The position numbers were made by a program, and so were the translations under genes. This document shows, in pieces, positions 11,701 to 64,000 of a DNA stretch of 64,000 nucleotides. Each line of letters opens with the position of its first letter. Position 1 is the stretch's first letter. Source of the stretch: Octopus sinensis (lineage: Eukaryota). The stretch lies in contig NC_043002.1 in assembly GCF_006345805.1 (NCBI RefSeq), positions 108,624,001 through 108,688,000 of the forward strand, read 5' to 3'. Under the pieces are notes generated by a model. The model did no database searches. It was given only the letters and a program-made list of their open reading frames with translations, and was not told the DNA's origin.

Positions 11701-13827
11701 TTCTTTCAGTTTCTGTCTATTTTTAGAATTTTTTTGTTATCAAATAGGTCTTGTGAAAACACTGTTGTTCTGTTCAAAAACTTTTTTTTTTTTTTTCATT
11801 TCAGTGTTTACAGCTTCCGGAATCTCGCTTGGAAAGCCTTTAATTTGTACGTGTAATAAGGCAGTAACTGCTTGTGGTGTCGCTGCTGCTGCCGAAATTC
11901 TTGGTAAAGAAGAAATCACCGTCTATATGGTAAGTTCTTCAGTTGTGCTTCTTTCAGTCTCTTTACAAATGGATTTTATTAATTATTTTTGACTCAGCAG
12001 CACAAACGAATTGGCTACTCTTTTACTGGTTTCAAGTCATTTGACTGTGGCCATGCTGGAGCACTGCCTTTAGTCGAGCAAATCAACCCCAGGACTTATT
12101 CTTTGTAAGCCCAGTACTTATTCTATCGGTCTCTTTTGCCGAACCGCTAAGTTACGGGGACGTAAACACATCGGCATTGGTTGTTAAGCAATGGTGGGGA
12201 GACAAACACAGATACACAAACACACACTTATATACGACAGGCTTCTTTCAGTTTCCGTCTACCAAATCCACTCACAAGGCTTTATTCGGCTATAGTAGAA
12301 GACACTTGTCCAAGGTGCTATGCAGTGGGACTGAACCCAGAACCGTGTGGTTGGTAAGCAAGCTACTTACCACACAGCCACTCCTGTGGTTGTATAAAGT
12401 TACTTGGTATTTCGTCAAGTATTTATATCCTCTTATAATGTATCATCCTTCCCAACAGGCCAGGAAATACTTCAACTCTTAACTGTTGCTCTCTACCAAA
12501 AGTTTTGCCTGTTCCATCGTCATTTAACATCCGTATTCCATACAAACAATGGGTTGGACACTTCAACAGGATCCAAGTAAACTGACGGCTCTGTTGGTCT
12601 TCAGTCTCTGCTTTGACATGGTATCTATGGCTGGATGCCCTTCCTAACACTAGCTACTTTACAGTGTGTACTGACTGCTTTTTTATGACACCAGCACTTG
12701 TGAGGTCAATAAGTAACTCACAAGACAAGATTCTTTAACAGGGGACATTGTGTCAGATATTGAGGGGTTAAAGCAGGAAAGAGGAGCAGTAACAGGTGGA
12801 GATGAGGCATAAGGTTTTACTCAAGGAACAAGAAAGTGGATAAAGTGGGGCAGAGAGTTGAGATTGAGGTGGGGGGAGTAAAATATAAACCATTTTTATT
12901 GTTCTCTCCAAATTCCTCAGGGTAGAAGATAGCAGTTCAAACTCTCTTGGATGAGCAATAGTGATGGCAGAGGTATCCTGTTTGCTGAGAGATGGATAGA
13001 TAAGGCAATGGAAGTTGTAGGAGTGTGTGACAGGATAATTAAGTCTAATTATAGGTAGCACCAGAAGGGTCACTTTTATGAGAGTCTTCTGCAGACTACC
13101 TCAACAATCAGTGACTATGATCTTGTAGCTAATGGCTTCTATGGACATGGTGTTAAACACATGGAGTCTATAGTTACAGCATGAGAAATTAGGCAGGTGT
13201 AAGGCCTTGGAGTTTTATGATGCAGTTGATCTAACAATTTGCAACACACTTTTTAAGAAACCGGCCAACCACCTCATTACCTACCTTTCTGGCAAACACA
13301 TTTCAGATACAAAATTCTTACCAGGAAATGAGGCTGAAGGGTGTTGGCACCAAATTACCTGAAAGAAGCCCATTGCACATATGTTTGAGTGTTTGCAGGG
13401 GTCCTTTGTCTAAACATTGCACAATTAGTATAAACAAATGGCATTCATTTCCAATCTATGAAATGGAAATATTACTGTTCCTGGAAAGCAGAGAGGGTTG
13501 GCAACAGGAAGAGCATCCACACAAAGAAAAATATCTGCTTCAACAAATTCTGTCTGACCCATGGAAGCATGAAGGGGACAACAAAAAAAATAGGGATTCT
13601 TAAATTACATTAAAACAAATTGCTTCATCCCAATATCTCATCACTCATCACTCAACTGATTTTTTTCTCTATTTCCTAGAAAGTAATTTAATCTTCCTGT
13701 TGACCTGTATTTACATAAAAGATGTCTGTCCAGTTCTGAATTAACCCTCAAACCAATTTGTTGTTCCTAATTTCAGGGTTCTTGGCATGAATGGTCTCAG
13801 AGAGCTGATTCCAAACATATTGTTTAA
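2578..13827 (+). CDS. MPST/TST: Tandem-rhodanese sulfurtransferase (3-mercaptopyruvate/thiosulfate sulfurtransferase family), 7 coding exons, 281 aa
   Basis: Manual join(2578..2726,4014..4209,5909..6004,9019..9160,9970..10056,11805..11929,13777..13827) = 846 nt, all GT-AG and in phase. Motifs: [54 protein letters not shown], catalytic loop [15 protein letters not shown]. Colinear with MPST/TST as recalled. Confidence 0.93.
3065..3340 (+). repeat. tRNA-headed SINE with a CORE-like domain
   Basis: B-box-like gagttcaattacc, then ccttgagcaagac...ccactcatctggtgaaaatgag. Confidence 0.5.
4014..4209 (+). CDS. MPST/TST: Sulfurtransferase coding exon 2 ([10 protein letters not shown]...RAWWMFK)
   Basis: Lies within ORF 3988..4242; ccccag acceptor, gtaggt donor. 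Confidence 0.93.
5057..5400 (-). repeat. RTE-type 3' UTR/tail repeat; further copies about 8430..8686(+), 12520..12700(-), 24900..25100(-), 27590..27780(-), 31440..31655(+), 32110..32420(-), 57650..57845(-), 63820..63930(-)
   Basis: (cat)n-gtttaacgtcc...ttccatgctggcatgggttggac...ggatgcccttcctaa recurs many times. Confidence 0.8.
5909..6004 (+). CDS. MPST/TST: Sulfurtransferase coding exon 3 ([17 protein letters not shown]...THE)
   Basis: ttttcag acceptor, gtaaga donor, 96 nt, phase 0/0. Confidence 0.92.
6150..6736 (-). repeat. tRNA-derived SINE family A (head + internal microsatellite + tail 1), here with a 220-bp (TATG/TA)n expansion
   Basis: Head ggagtggctgtgtggtaag...ggttcagtccc; core ggatttggtagacggaaactgaaagaagc; tail ggtgctccagcatggccgcagtcaaatgactgaaac. 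Confidence 0.85.
7255..7510 (+). mobile_element. HERO-like (restriction-like-endonuclease LINE) C-terminal fragment
   Basis: Frameshifted [59 protein letters not shown]. Confidence 0.55.
9019..9160 (+). CDS. MPST/TST: Sulfurtransferase coding exon 4 ([11 protein letters not shown]...[18 protein letters not shown])
   Basis: ttttctag acceptor, gtatgt donor, 142 nt. Confidence 0.9.
9970..10056 (+). CDS. MPST/TST: Sulfurtransferase coding exon 5 ([11 protein letters not shown]...KAELKE)
   Basis: tttgttag acceptor, gtgagt donor, 87 nt. Confidence 0.92.
11805..11929 (+). CDS. MPST/TST: Sulfurtransferase coding exon 6 with catalytic Cys loop ([14 protein letters not shown])
   Basis: Lies within ORF 11753..11992; tttcag acceptor, gtaagt donor; Cys codon 11852-11854. 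Confidence 0.93.
12915..13305 (+). mobile_element. RTE-clade LINE endonuclease fragment
   Basis: Decayed frames [11 protein letters not shown]...DRII and [26 protein letters not shown]. Confidence 0.75.
13777..13827 (+). CDS. MPST/TST: Sulfurtransferase last coding exon ([16 protein letters not shown])
   Basis: tttcag acceptor; completes the rhodanese C-terminal signature; TAA 13825-13827. Confidence 0.92.
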   Translation, partial: GSWHEWSQRADSKHIV

Positions 13828-14222
13828 TCTCAGAAATTCCAAGTTACAGTGCAGAATCTTTTTGAAAGTAATTTAAAGTGTGATCCGAAATTATACAAAC
13901 ATTTTTTAGAAACTTTTTATTTAAATTTGCTTTTGTGATTTGTTTTCATCCAAGAAAAAGAGGTCAGTAATTTTCTTTGAAGTCAAAACAGATTCACAAG
14001 AGCAAATTACTGCCACACTCGTAGAAGTGATCACTCGCTTTGATATAATCCGTCATTCTGATCTGGTTATAAGACCAAGATTAAGAATTTTTTTATACTG
14101 TTTGAATTATTTTCATATCCATTTTTCTTATGTTTGCTATGATTTTTACAAATCCGAACATTGGTTATCGTTATAAAGTTTTTTTTTATAACCAAACGAC
14201 TGTAGTATATTGCTGAATATAA

Positions 14223-14228
14223 AATAAA
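14223..14228 (+). promoter_or_regulatory. Candidate polyadenylation signal of the sulfurtransferase gene
   Basis: AATAAA about 400 nt after the stop codon; AT-rich context makes this weak. Confidence 0.3.
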
Positions 14229-15263
14229 AGACAAAACGAAACAGAAAAAAAAAAAAAAATTCATTTGATATTAATAAGAAATCAAAATCTCAAATGAGAA
14301 AGTTTGTTTTTCAATTTTTTCAAGCGTTTTTTAAATTTTTTTTTTATTTAGTCACAAAATGTAGGCCTTAAGATATTTCACATTCTGTAACATGTCAACA
14401 ATTGTCAGGTCTTGATAACGATGCCTTAAAACAATAAGCAATAATTTTCTCATGTTGTCAGTGAGACAGAAGAACTAACATTACATTCCTGAAGGCAATC
14501 AGTTATTCTAAGATTAGTTTATGGTGAAAATCAACCACTTGTAAATAATGTTGAAACAACAGAAGTGTGGAAGGAAGGATGGAGAAGATCTTTAAAAATA
14601 TATAAAAAAAAAAAGAAAAACTATTATAAGCACCAATTTGAGACAAAGAAAAAAAAAAGGCTACAGGTCTGCTGGTGGGAATCAAACTGCATCTCTAGGA
14701 TTTGAATAAATAATTTTATTATTGGTCAATTCAGTTCATAATTTGATTCATGGAACACTTTCTATGTTGAACATAAACCTACAAGAATTTTACATTTCAT
14801 TATATCTCAGTTTGCTAGGCTAAGTAAATAACTGTTCAATTATCTTTGGGACATAGAAATAATAGGAAAAAAAATTACATTTTTTTTTTTTTTTTTCCCA
14901 CTTTGTGTACCAACCTGCCTTTGATCCTATGACAAAAACTTCTGTTTTTAAAGTAATCTAAATAATAAAAAAAAAACCTACCATCAAAACATGTTAATTT
15001 ATAATGTATTTCAGCAGAAGTTTGCTAACAAAAGGGTTAAACAGCTCATTTGAGAAAGACGAAATTGTAAGAGCGTCTCTATATTGAAATCAATAATACA
15101 CTCACTTAGCAATAAACAGATGTTATTTGAGTCTCATCCATGGGCCTGTTGGTGTTTTCAGTCTCAAATTCATGATTTATAAAATCTAATATAATTTCTT
15201 ATTGAAAATCTTAGTAGTAAATTATTTTTAAAAAACAGTTGTAATCATAAAATAATTAATGAT

Positions 15264-15938
15264 CTCCTTCACCGGTACTTATTTTATCAATCCTGGACGA
15301 TGAAAGGTAAAGTCATCTCTGGCATGATTTGAACTTAGAATGTAAAATGGATTCAGAGACAAATATAAGCATTTTGTCTGACACTCTACTGCTTCTACCA
15401 GTCCAACACCAGAAATAATGAAATAAAGATTGTTCAAAGGTCTATAGCAGTTACGTATGTATTCTATCTTTAAGCAAATTTTTATAATAGTATAAAACCC
15501 TAGAATTTACTTCCAGCAGGCCTTAGTTAAACAATCCTACGATAGAAGCCACACAACTAGGATATGACAGAAAATTAATTTTGATTTGGTAATTTATCTT
15601 TGTAAATATTTCACTTCATGATTATAGATCAGAGAAACCTTGAAAAGTAATAAAAATAATTCTACAAATCCATTGCATGTGCAGATGTACAGAGCCATAG
15701 AAATATTGGTTTCTCATGTAACTGGATGGATAAGACCTTGAATTGTAAGGAAGAATTATAAAAGTAACTCCTCTCCTTCACCGGTACTTATTTTATCAAC
15801 CCTGGACGATGAAAGGTAAAGTCAACTCTGGCATGATTTGAACTTAGAATGTAAAAATGATTCAGACACAAATATAAGCATTTTGTCTGACACTCTACTG
15901 CTTCTACCAGTCCAACACCAGAAATAATGAAATAAAGA
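15264..15938 (+). repeat. Direct duplication of 166 bp (15264..15429 and 15773..15938)
   Basis: Only about 4-5 differences by eye; offset 509 bp. Confidence 0.9.
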
Positions 15939-18900
15939 AACCAGTTTCTAATTAAATATTTAATTAGTAAGATACTTCTATACTGTTAAATATTAATCAA
16001 TTGTCTTGCCCATTTAGCACTTATTGTTACAAGGTAGCTATGCTTAAAACTTGTGATATTTAAATAGTCTATAAACTCAAAATTATTAGGGTTCACATCA
16101 ATGTAAGATTTAGATATTTTAATATCCCAGAGAATGTGTTTTTTTAAGAAGGTTGTCTGATTTAACCATTCCATTGAGTATCTTCATGAAATACAAATAT
16201 TTAATGAATGGTTCTCCTTCCAGTCCCAATGTCAAAATGTTGAACAGAATTTGAGTTTTCTATAAGAAAAAAGTTTCTAAGATGTCCCGAACAAGTGAAT
16301 TAATATTACATTAGTGAAAACACAAGTGGTTGAAGCAACAGGTAAGAAAGTAACATAACTAGTTGGTTACCTTATTGTTCTGAGTTCAAATCTTAAGGTT
16401 AAGATTACATTTCACCACCTTGGAATCACTACACTAATTAACAGTAATATATTGGGGTAGGGGGTGGAGTAACTTCAACGGCCTATATTACAATCTTTAC
16501 AGAATTGGTCATTCATAAAGGATGAGATCTTTATTAAACATTGTTGAGCAATTGTTAAATATGAAAACAATTCTAACTGAATGAAGAAAATAGTATTTAA
16601 AATATTTTAAATAATTTTTATTAAATTTCCATGTGTGAAATTTTAAAAGTGACAATTGTACAACATTTCAAGTCTTCTAATGTACAAAGATGATGCTAAC
16701 AACACACACTGGAAACTTCATGTGATGGCTAATTACTTGGTCATTTCATTCGACATATTTTAGTTGATTAATTTATGTACATTAATTCATTCATTACTGA
16801 GGGTTTGTTACTAATGTTTTAGTAGCAGAAATTTGTATAAGTGTTTGAGGTAAGGTGACACAGACTGATTGGAAGAAATTAGTAATTAGCCTATTGAACG
16901 GTTTTCAATTTGATGGCTTACCATCTTTAGGCTTACACTAACGCCTAGTTCTCCGTCTTTGACCTTATTCACCTTACATTAGAGCAAATGAGAACAAACA
17001 ATAACGATGTGCTGAACTAATTAAGTAGTAATTAATGTTTACTTTGATGGTTTACCAAATTGAGGTTGAATTCTCTACTAGAAGAGACAGAAAAGAGACA
17101 TTAACATTAAACACAAGACGTAAGTGCAAGCATAGATGTATGACTAAGAAGTTTGCTTCCAACCATGTAGTCTTAGGTTCGATCCCACTAGGTGGTACCT
17201 TGAGCAAGTGTCTTCTACTAGAGCCACAGATTAATGAACACCTTACGAGTGGATTTGGAAGACAGAAACTGAAAGAAACCTGTTTTGTGTGTTTATATCT
17301 CCTTGACTTGACATCACATAGTGGTTGTAAATGAGTGTCACTGTCATACAAGCAGTACCATTCATTACCAGTTTTCTGAAAAAAAATGTCTGGCTATGGG
17401 GAAATATTACCTTATTTGGAAACAAGTCAGCAATAGCAACAAGAAAGGCCATAAAAAAATTTGCCACAATGAATTCCACGATGACCCATGCAAAAATGTA
17501 GAATTGTGTGTTAAATGATAATGATTTTATATGTACGTATGTATATATTGTTGTCGTTTCCATGCTAGCATGACCAGACTGTGTTTAGGAGTTTAATGAA
17601 GCAGATTTTCTACAAGTGGATGCCCTCCCTGTCACCAACCCTCACTTGTTTCCAAGCAAGGGAATATTTCCCCACAGCCAGACATATCCACACAGAATAC
17701 CAGGAATGAATGACACTGCTTCTATGACCGATACGCATTAACAAATCTCATGCAATGTCAAGACACACACACACACACACACACACACTGGGCTTCTTTC
17801 AGTTTCTCTCAACCAAATCCACTAACAAGGAATTGGTCAGCTCAGAGTTATAGAAGAAGATACTCTTACCCAAGGTGCTCCAGCAGGACTGAACTCAAAA
17901 CTACGTGGTTGGGAAGAAGCAAACGTAACTACAGAGCCATGTTTGTCAAAGATGTTAATTTATGTTAGCTTTGAGAGTTAATTTTAATAAGCTAATTTAC
18001 ATAATTACAGTTTTAGAGGCAAGTAGTTAAAATGGTATAAAAATGGTAAACAAGGACCTGTTGCTGTTCAGGTATGTTAGTTAAACAAAGCCAACATAAT
18101 AAGATATGTATACCAAGATACTTGTCCAGTTAGACACTGAAAATTAATTCTGTATTAAAAATATATTACTTATTTTCATTACTGTATTTATTTTGAGATG
18201 CTCTGTGTTTCTTTCAATTAATTTTAAATATAACAAAGAATTTAGTAAAATAACTTAGTTATCATTCAGCTAGTGTTAGGAACATAAATCGTGGCTAAGC
18301 TTTGGGGGCAGATTTTAATGCAAAACTTATGAAAACAAGACATTTGTACGACAGAGCCAGAGGTGGTTTCAGCCGGGTTGGTAACGAAAGGGTTTAAAGA
18401 AGCAAAAAATAATATAAAGTGAAGTGAGATCATTGTTGGATCATTTCATACAGAAGAAAGACTGCTGAGTGCAAAGAATGACGGAAAAAGACAAGTATTA
18501 ATAGCAGACTTTTGTCACAGTTTAAAATCAGCACAAAATAAAATAGCTTATCTCTGTCACCTGATGTACATCTATTTAGAAATATATTCTGTCATGTTTG
18601 CAATTAAAATGTCATTGCATAAAGAAATGCATACTTTATTTTCAGTTCTTTTAATTTGTCAAAAATAAAGTCAATGACTATGAGATGGGAGAAAATTTAA
18701 AGGAAGAAAGTAAAACAGTTTTATGAATAAATCATATTGAATAGACTTTGCTCTTTAAACACTAAGCATCCTTTACACTTGACACTTTGTGACCAAACAG
18801 TTCTGTTTCTAGTGATTCAACAACATTGTTTCATAGAATCTGATTCAGGAAATTTAACAAAATGGTATTCTAAACTAATCATTAGTCAATGATTTTTCTT

Positions 18901-20628
18901 AAAAAATATAATCAACAAATGAAAGGAAATGAGTTCATTATATGATGTCTAAGATGGAAAAAGATGGATTACAAGAAGTACTGTGTTTATAAGGACTTGA
19001 CAACCATTTTGCTAACCCCAAGATCAGTCATAAGAATAAATTTTCAACTACTAAATAATAAAATGAGTTTTAAAATTCTACTGGAGAATTAAAGCTGTAT
19101 CACCTGCAGGACTAAATTAATAGGTGAAGCAATCATTTTTGAAAAGTCACAAATAACATGAAAATATTAACAAAAAAAAATGTAATAAGACTTGATTGTT
19201 TTTGTTTTAAATGAAAACATTCACCAAGTTTCTGACTGGAAAATAATCATACCAGATTTTAGCCTTAAAGTCTAAATTCCTTGGAATCATACAGGTAAGA
19301 TAAATATTTAATTTCAAATTTAGTCTTTATAATAAGAGAAGGGAAAGATCTGAAATAAAGACCATGAAGTTACAGCACTAAAAATATGTGACAATTCTAA
19401 GGAGACAGATCAAATATTCAACACAAATTGGATTTATCTTTAAAAAAAAAAAATCATGTTAAATTACATGTTTCGAAATTGTTAAAATTGGAAGACGAAT
19501 ATACAAGTAGAATATTGATGAAAATTTTACTTGAGACTGATACGAGTATAACACACAACCTGTCTTCACTCTATACAGCTGTAAGACAAAGTTGGTGAAA
19601 ATCATTTTTTCAGAGACGTAACTATTATTGAGGAGAAAGTAATATACAGACATTTAACCCAAAAGATTTCTTGCCAGAACAAGTGAGAAGTAAAATGTGA
19701 AAGACTTTCTAGAAATGTATCTGATGAATACCAACTTTGGAATAAACTTAGTTACTCCACATATTGATTGATGACGAATAAATTAATCAAATTAAATAAT
19801 TTTGAATCTTGTTTCTCTGTATAACTGGAAATCATGGTCCCATCAAGAGACTAGACAGGTATTTCTGAGAGACAAAATGGAGAAAATAAAATGTCATGGA
19901 GTTATTTCTGAAAACAAGTGAAATATTGTGAAAAACAAAAACAGAATTGTATCTAAACAATAAACAAATATATAAAAGAAACCATTTGGAATTTGCTCCA
20001 AAGCGAAAGAGGTAATTGGTAATGTGAATGATAGAAAGTTCTTCTCAAACATTAAAACAGTGAAATGTTTCTGGTTTGAAAGATTGCGCTAGAAAACAGT
20101 CAAAATCAGATTCATTAAAAGAAAAAAGACAAAATTGAAAGAAAAAGAATTCAGCTAAACAGGAATGTTTGTAAATAAATTTTGTGGGAGTTATGGTCAA
20201 GATGTTCTGGGGGAAAAAAAAAGTTTTTATTTGCATTCTTTTTAGAAAAATGAGACTAGCAACTGAAGTTATTGTCACTGTAGGCCTCATTCTCTTTTCT
20301 TCTCTCCTAATTCTAAGTGCAGTTCCACAGGTGACACACCAGTCTACTTTCAGATGGGACTGAAATGGGACTGAATCTGAAGAAGCAAACAAAATCACTC
20401 CTATCAATTCACACCGTATTTTGTTTGAGGTGTCTGATAAAATGTCAGAATTGCTTCCAACTTTTACATGATTGTAAAATGATTTGTTTTATTTGACAAG
20501 GGATTTGTTTAGATGTGTGAGGGCCTGCAACTGTAGTCTTCTGTCCATAAGAAAAACATTGACCCATAATAGGATGACTGACATTCCCAGTCACTGAATA
20601 GACACACACACACACACACATACATGCA

Positions 20629-20675
<47 letters not shown>

Positions 20676-21813
20676 TATATATACATACTACATGTATATC
20701 TATGTGTGTGTGTCTCCTCTTGACATCACAGTATTGTTGTAAATGAGGGTCACTGTCATACAAGCAGTGTCATTCATTTCCAATATTCTGCGAGAACTCA
20801 TCTGGTCAAATATATCACCTTGCTTGGAAACAGGTGATGGTTGGTGACAGGAAAGGCATCTGGTCACAGAAAAATCTGCCTCAATAAACTGTCCAACCCA
20901 TGCTAGCATGGAAAAGTGGACGCTAAAAGAAATGAATGATGATGATGTAGTGTAGCTATTCACAAATATACAACAGGAATATACATACTGGCCTTGAAAC
21001 TGTTGTACAACGATGCCACCACCAATCTCTGATTAGAGTATCATAACAACTGGCATCATAACAAGAACAATGCACGCACCAACAGAGAAAATATTTAGAA
21101 ATATTAGAAAATATTTCAAAACAATAATGTTGATTTCCTATCATGTGGATAAGATTTAATCCAGGAAATATATTCAGTAACCAAATTCTAACAGATCAAA
21201 TTTGGTCACTCAATGCAACAACTTTCATTCAAATAACAATTTCAGCTTAAAAAAATAAAAAATAATAGTTCCCGATTGTTGGAGACCTGCAACTTTTCTC
21301 TCACCAACTTAGCAGCTATCATCTGCCCAGCTAATAATAAAGCTTGAAAAACTATATACATACATACATACATATATGTATATATGTATCAACTGCTGAC
21401 TACGTCTACTCTTAAAAGAGGAGGTCTCCAATATTTTTTTTTTTATTTCTGTATATCAGGGTAATTTATTTTATGTTTAAAACTAGTGGTGGAAATGTAT
21501 GCATGTTTCATATGTAATGTGTGTGTGTGATCATTTGCACGTGCGTATGTGTGAGTTTGTGATATGTCTCTTACACACTAGTTGATTGTTTGAAAGAAGC
21601 TGCTACAACAATCAAGAGAACAGCTTTAACTATCACAGACCACGATGACATGAAGGTATCAGTGTTGTGTTGTTGTAATGTTTCAGGACCAACAGACAGG
21701 CCAACGTGTCTAACTTGTAGCTTTTCCTCCAGTCCACAACAGAAACACTGCACAGATACAGTGTAAAGATGTACAGAGAATATGAATGTGCAAGAAAATG
21801 CAGACTGAGTCGT

Positions 21814-63534
<41,721 letters not shown>

Positions 63535-64000
63535 CTAGAAATATATACATTTGGGGGCAAAATATTTATAACTTATGACATGGAGGGTAATACAGCTGAG
63601 TAATACATTCAAAAGGAAATAAGACAAATCTTGTATGAAGAAAATAGAGAGATGTCTGAGCAATTCCATGAGTGAAATTATAACAATGTTGTTATACTAT
63701 GTGAGATCTGTTAGAGAGGAATTCAGAGAAGTTATTCTGAAAGCGAAAATTAACATGCACAATTAAAATCTGAGAAACTAACCCACAAGTTTAATTACTT
63801 AATCCTGGCATGAGCTGGACACTTTGACCAGGGCTAGCAAACTGGAAGGCTGCACCAGACTCCAGTCTGATTTGGTACGGATTTTAGAACTGGATGCCCT
63901 TCCTAACACCAACCACTCTGAGAGTTACATGATCCCAGTATCTGTCACGACTGCTATTTTATCTTGGCTTATTTTATCTTCTCAAGCACAACAATAATGC

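Noticed and set aside
2578-13827. Idea that the sulfurtransferase is nested in a PI4KA intron
   Set aside because: The PI4KA stop codon is at 21814, so the genes are convergent; only a very long UTR could overlap.
20045-20407. 120-aa minus-strand ORF downstream of PI4KA
   Set aside because: No recognisable domain, low-complexity Phe runs and no supporting splice structure.

Overview
Eukaryotic, AT-rich and microsatellite-rich genomic DNA. The SINE/RTE/mariner repeat content suggests an octopus (coleoid cephalopod); this is inferred, not database-confirmed. Two spliced genes converge tail-to-tail. (1) A complete 7-coding-exon tandem-rhodanese sulfurtransferase of the MPST/TST family (+ strand, 2578..13827, 281 aa) with an unusual active-site loop CNKAVT and a C-terminal YMGSWHEW motif. 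(2) The last 17 coding exons of phosphatidylinositol 4-kinase alpha (PI4KA; - strand, 63534..21814, about 711 aa). I reconstructed all exons by hand; every junction is GT-AG and in phase. The rest is mostly transposon-derived: an IR/DR-type Tc1 element, mariner and DD37D relics, a mariner fold-back, piggyBac-like, hAT-like and pogo-like MITEs, two non-autonomous Helitrons, RTE, HERO-like and Penelope-like retroelement relics, and many tRNA-derived SINEs. I found no CRISPR array, rRNA or intact tRNA gene, and no convincing new multi-gene system. The best leads are the divergent sulfurtransferase, long fold-back hairpins beside the PI4KA kinase exons, a candidate PI4KA microexon and modular SINE architecture.
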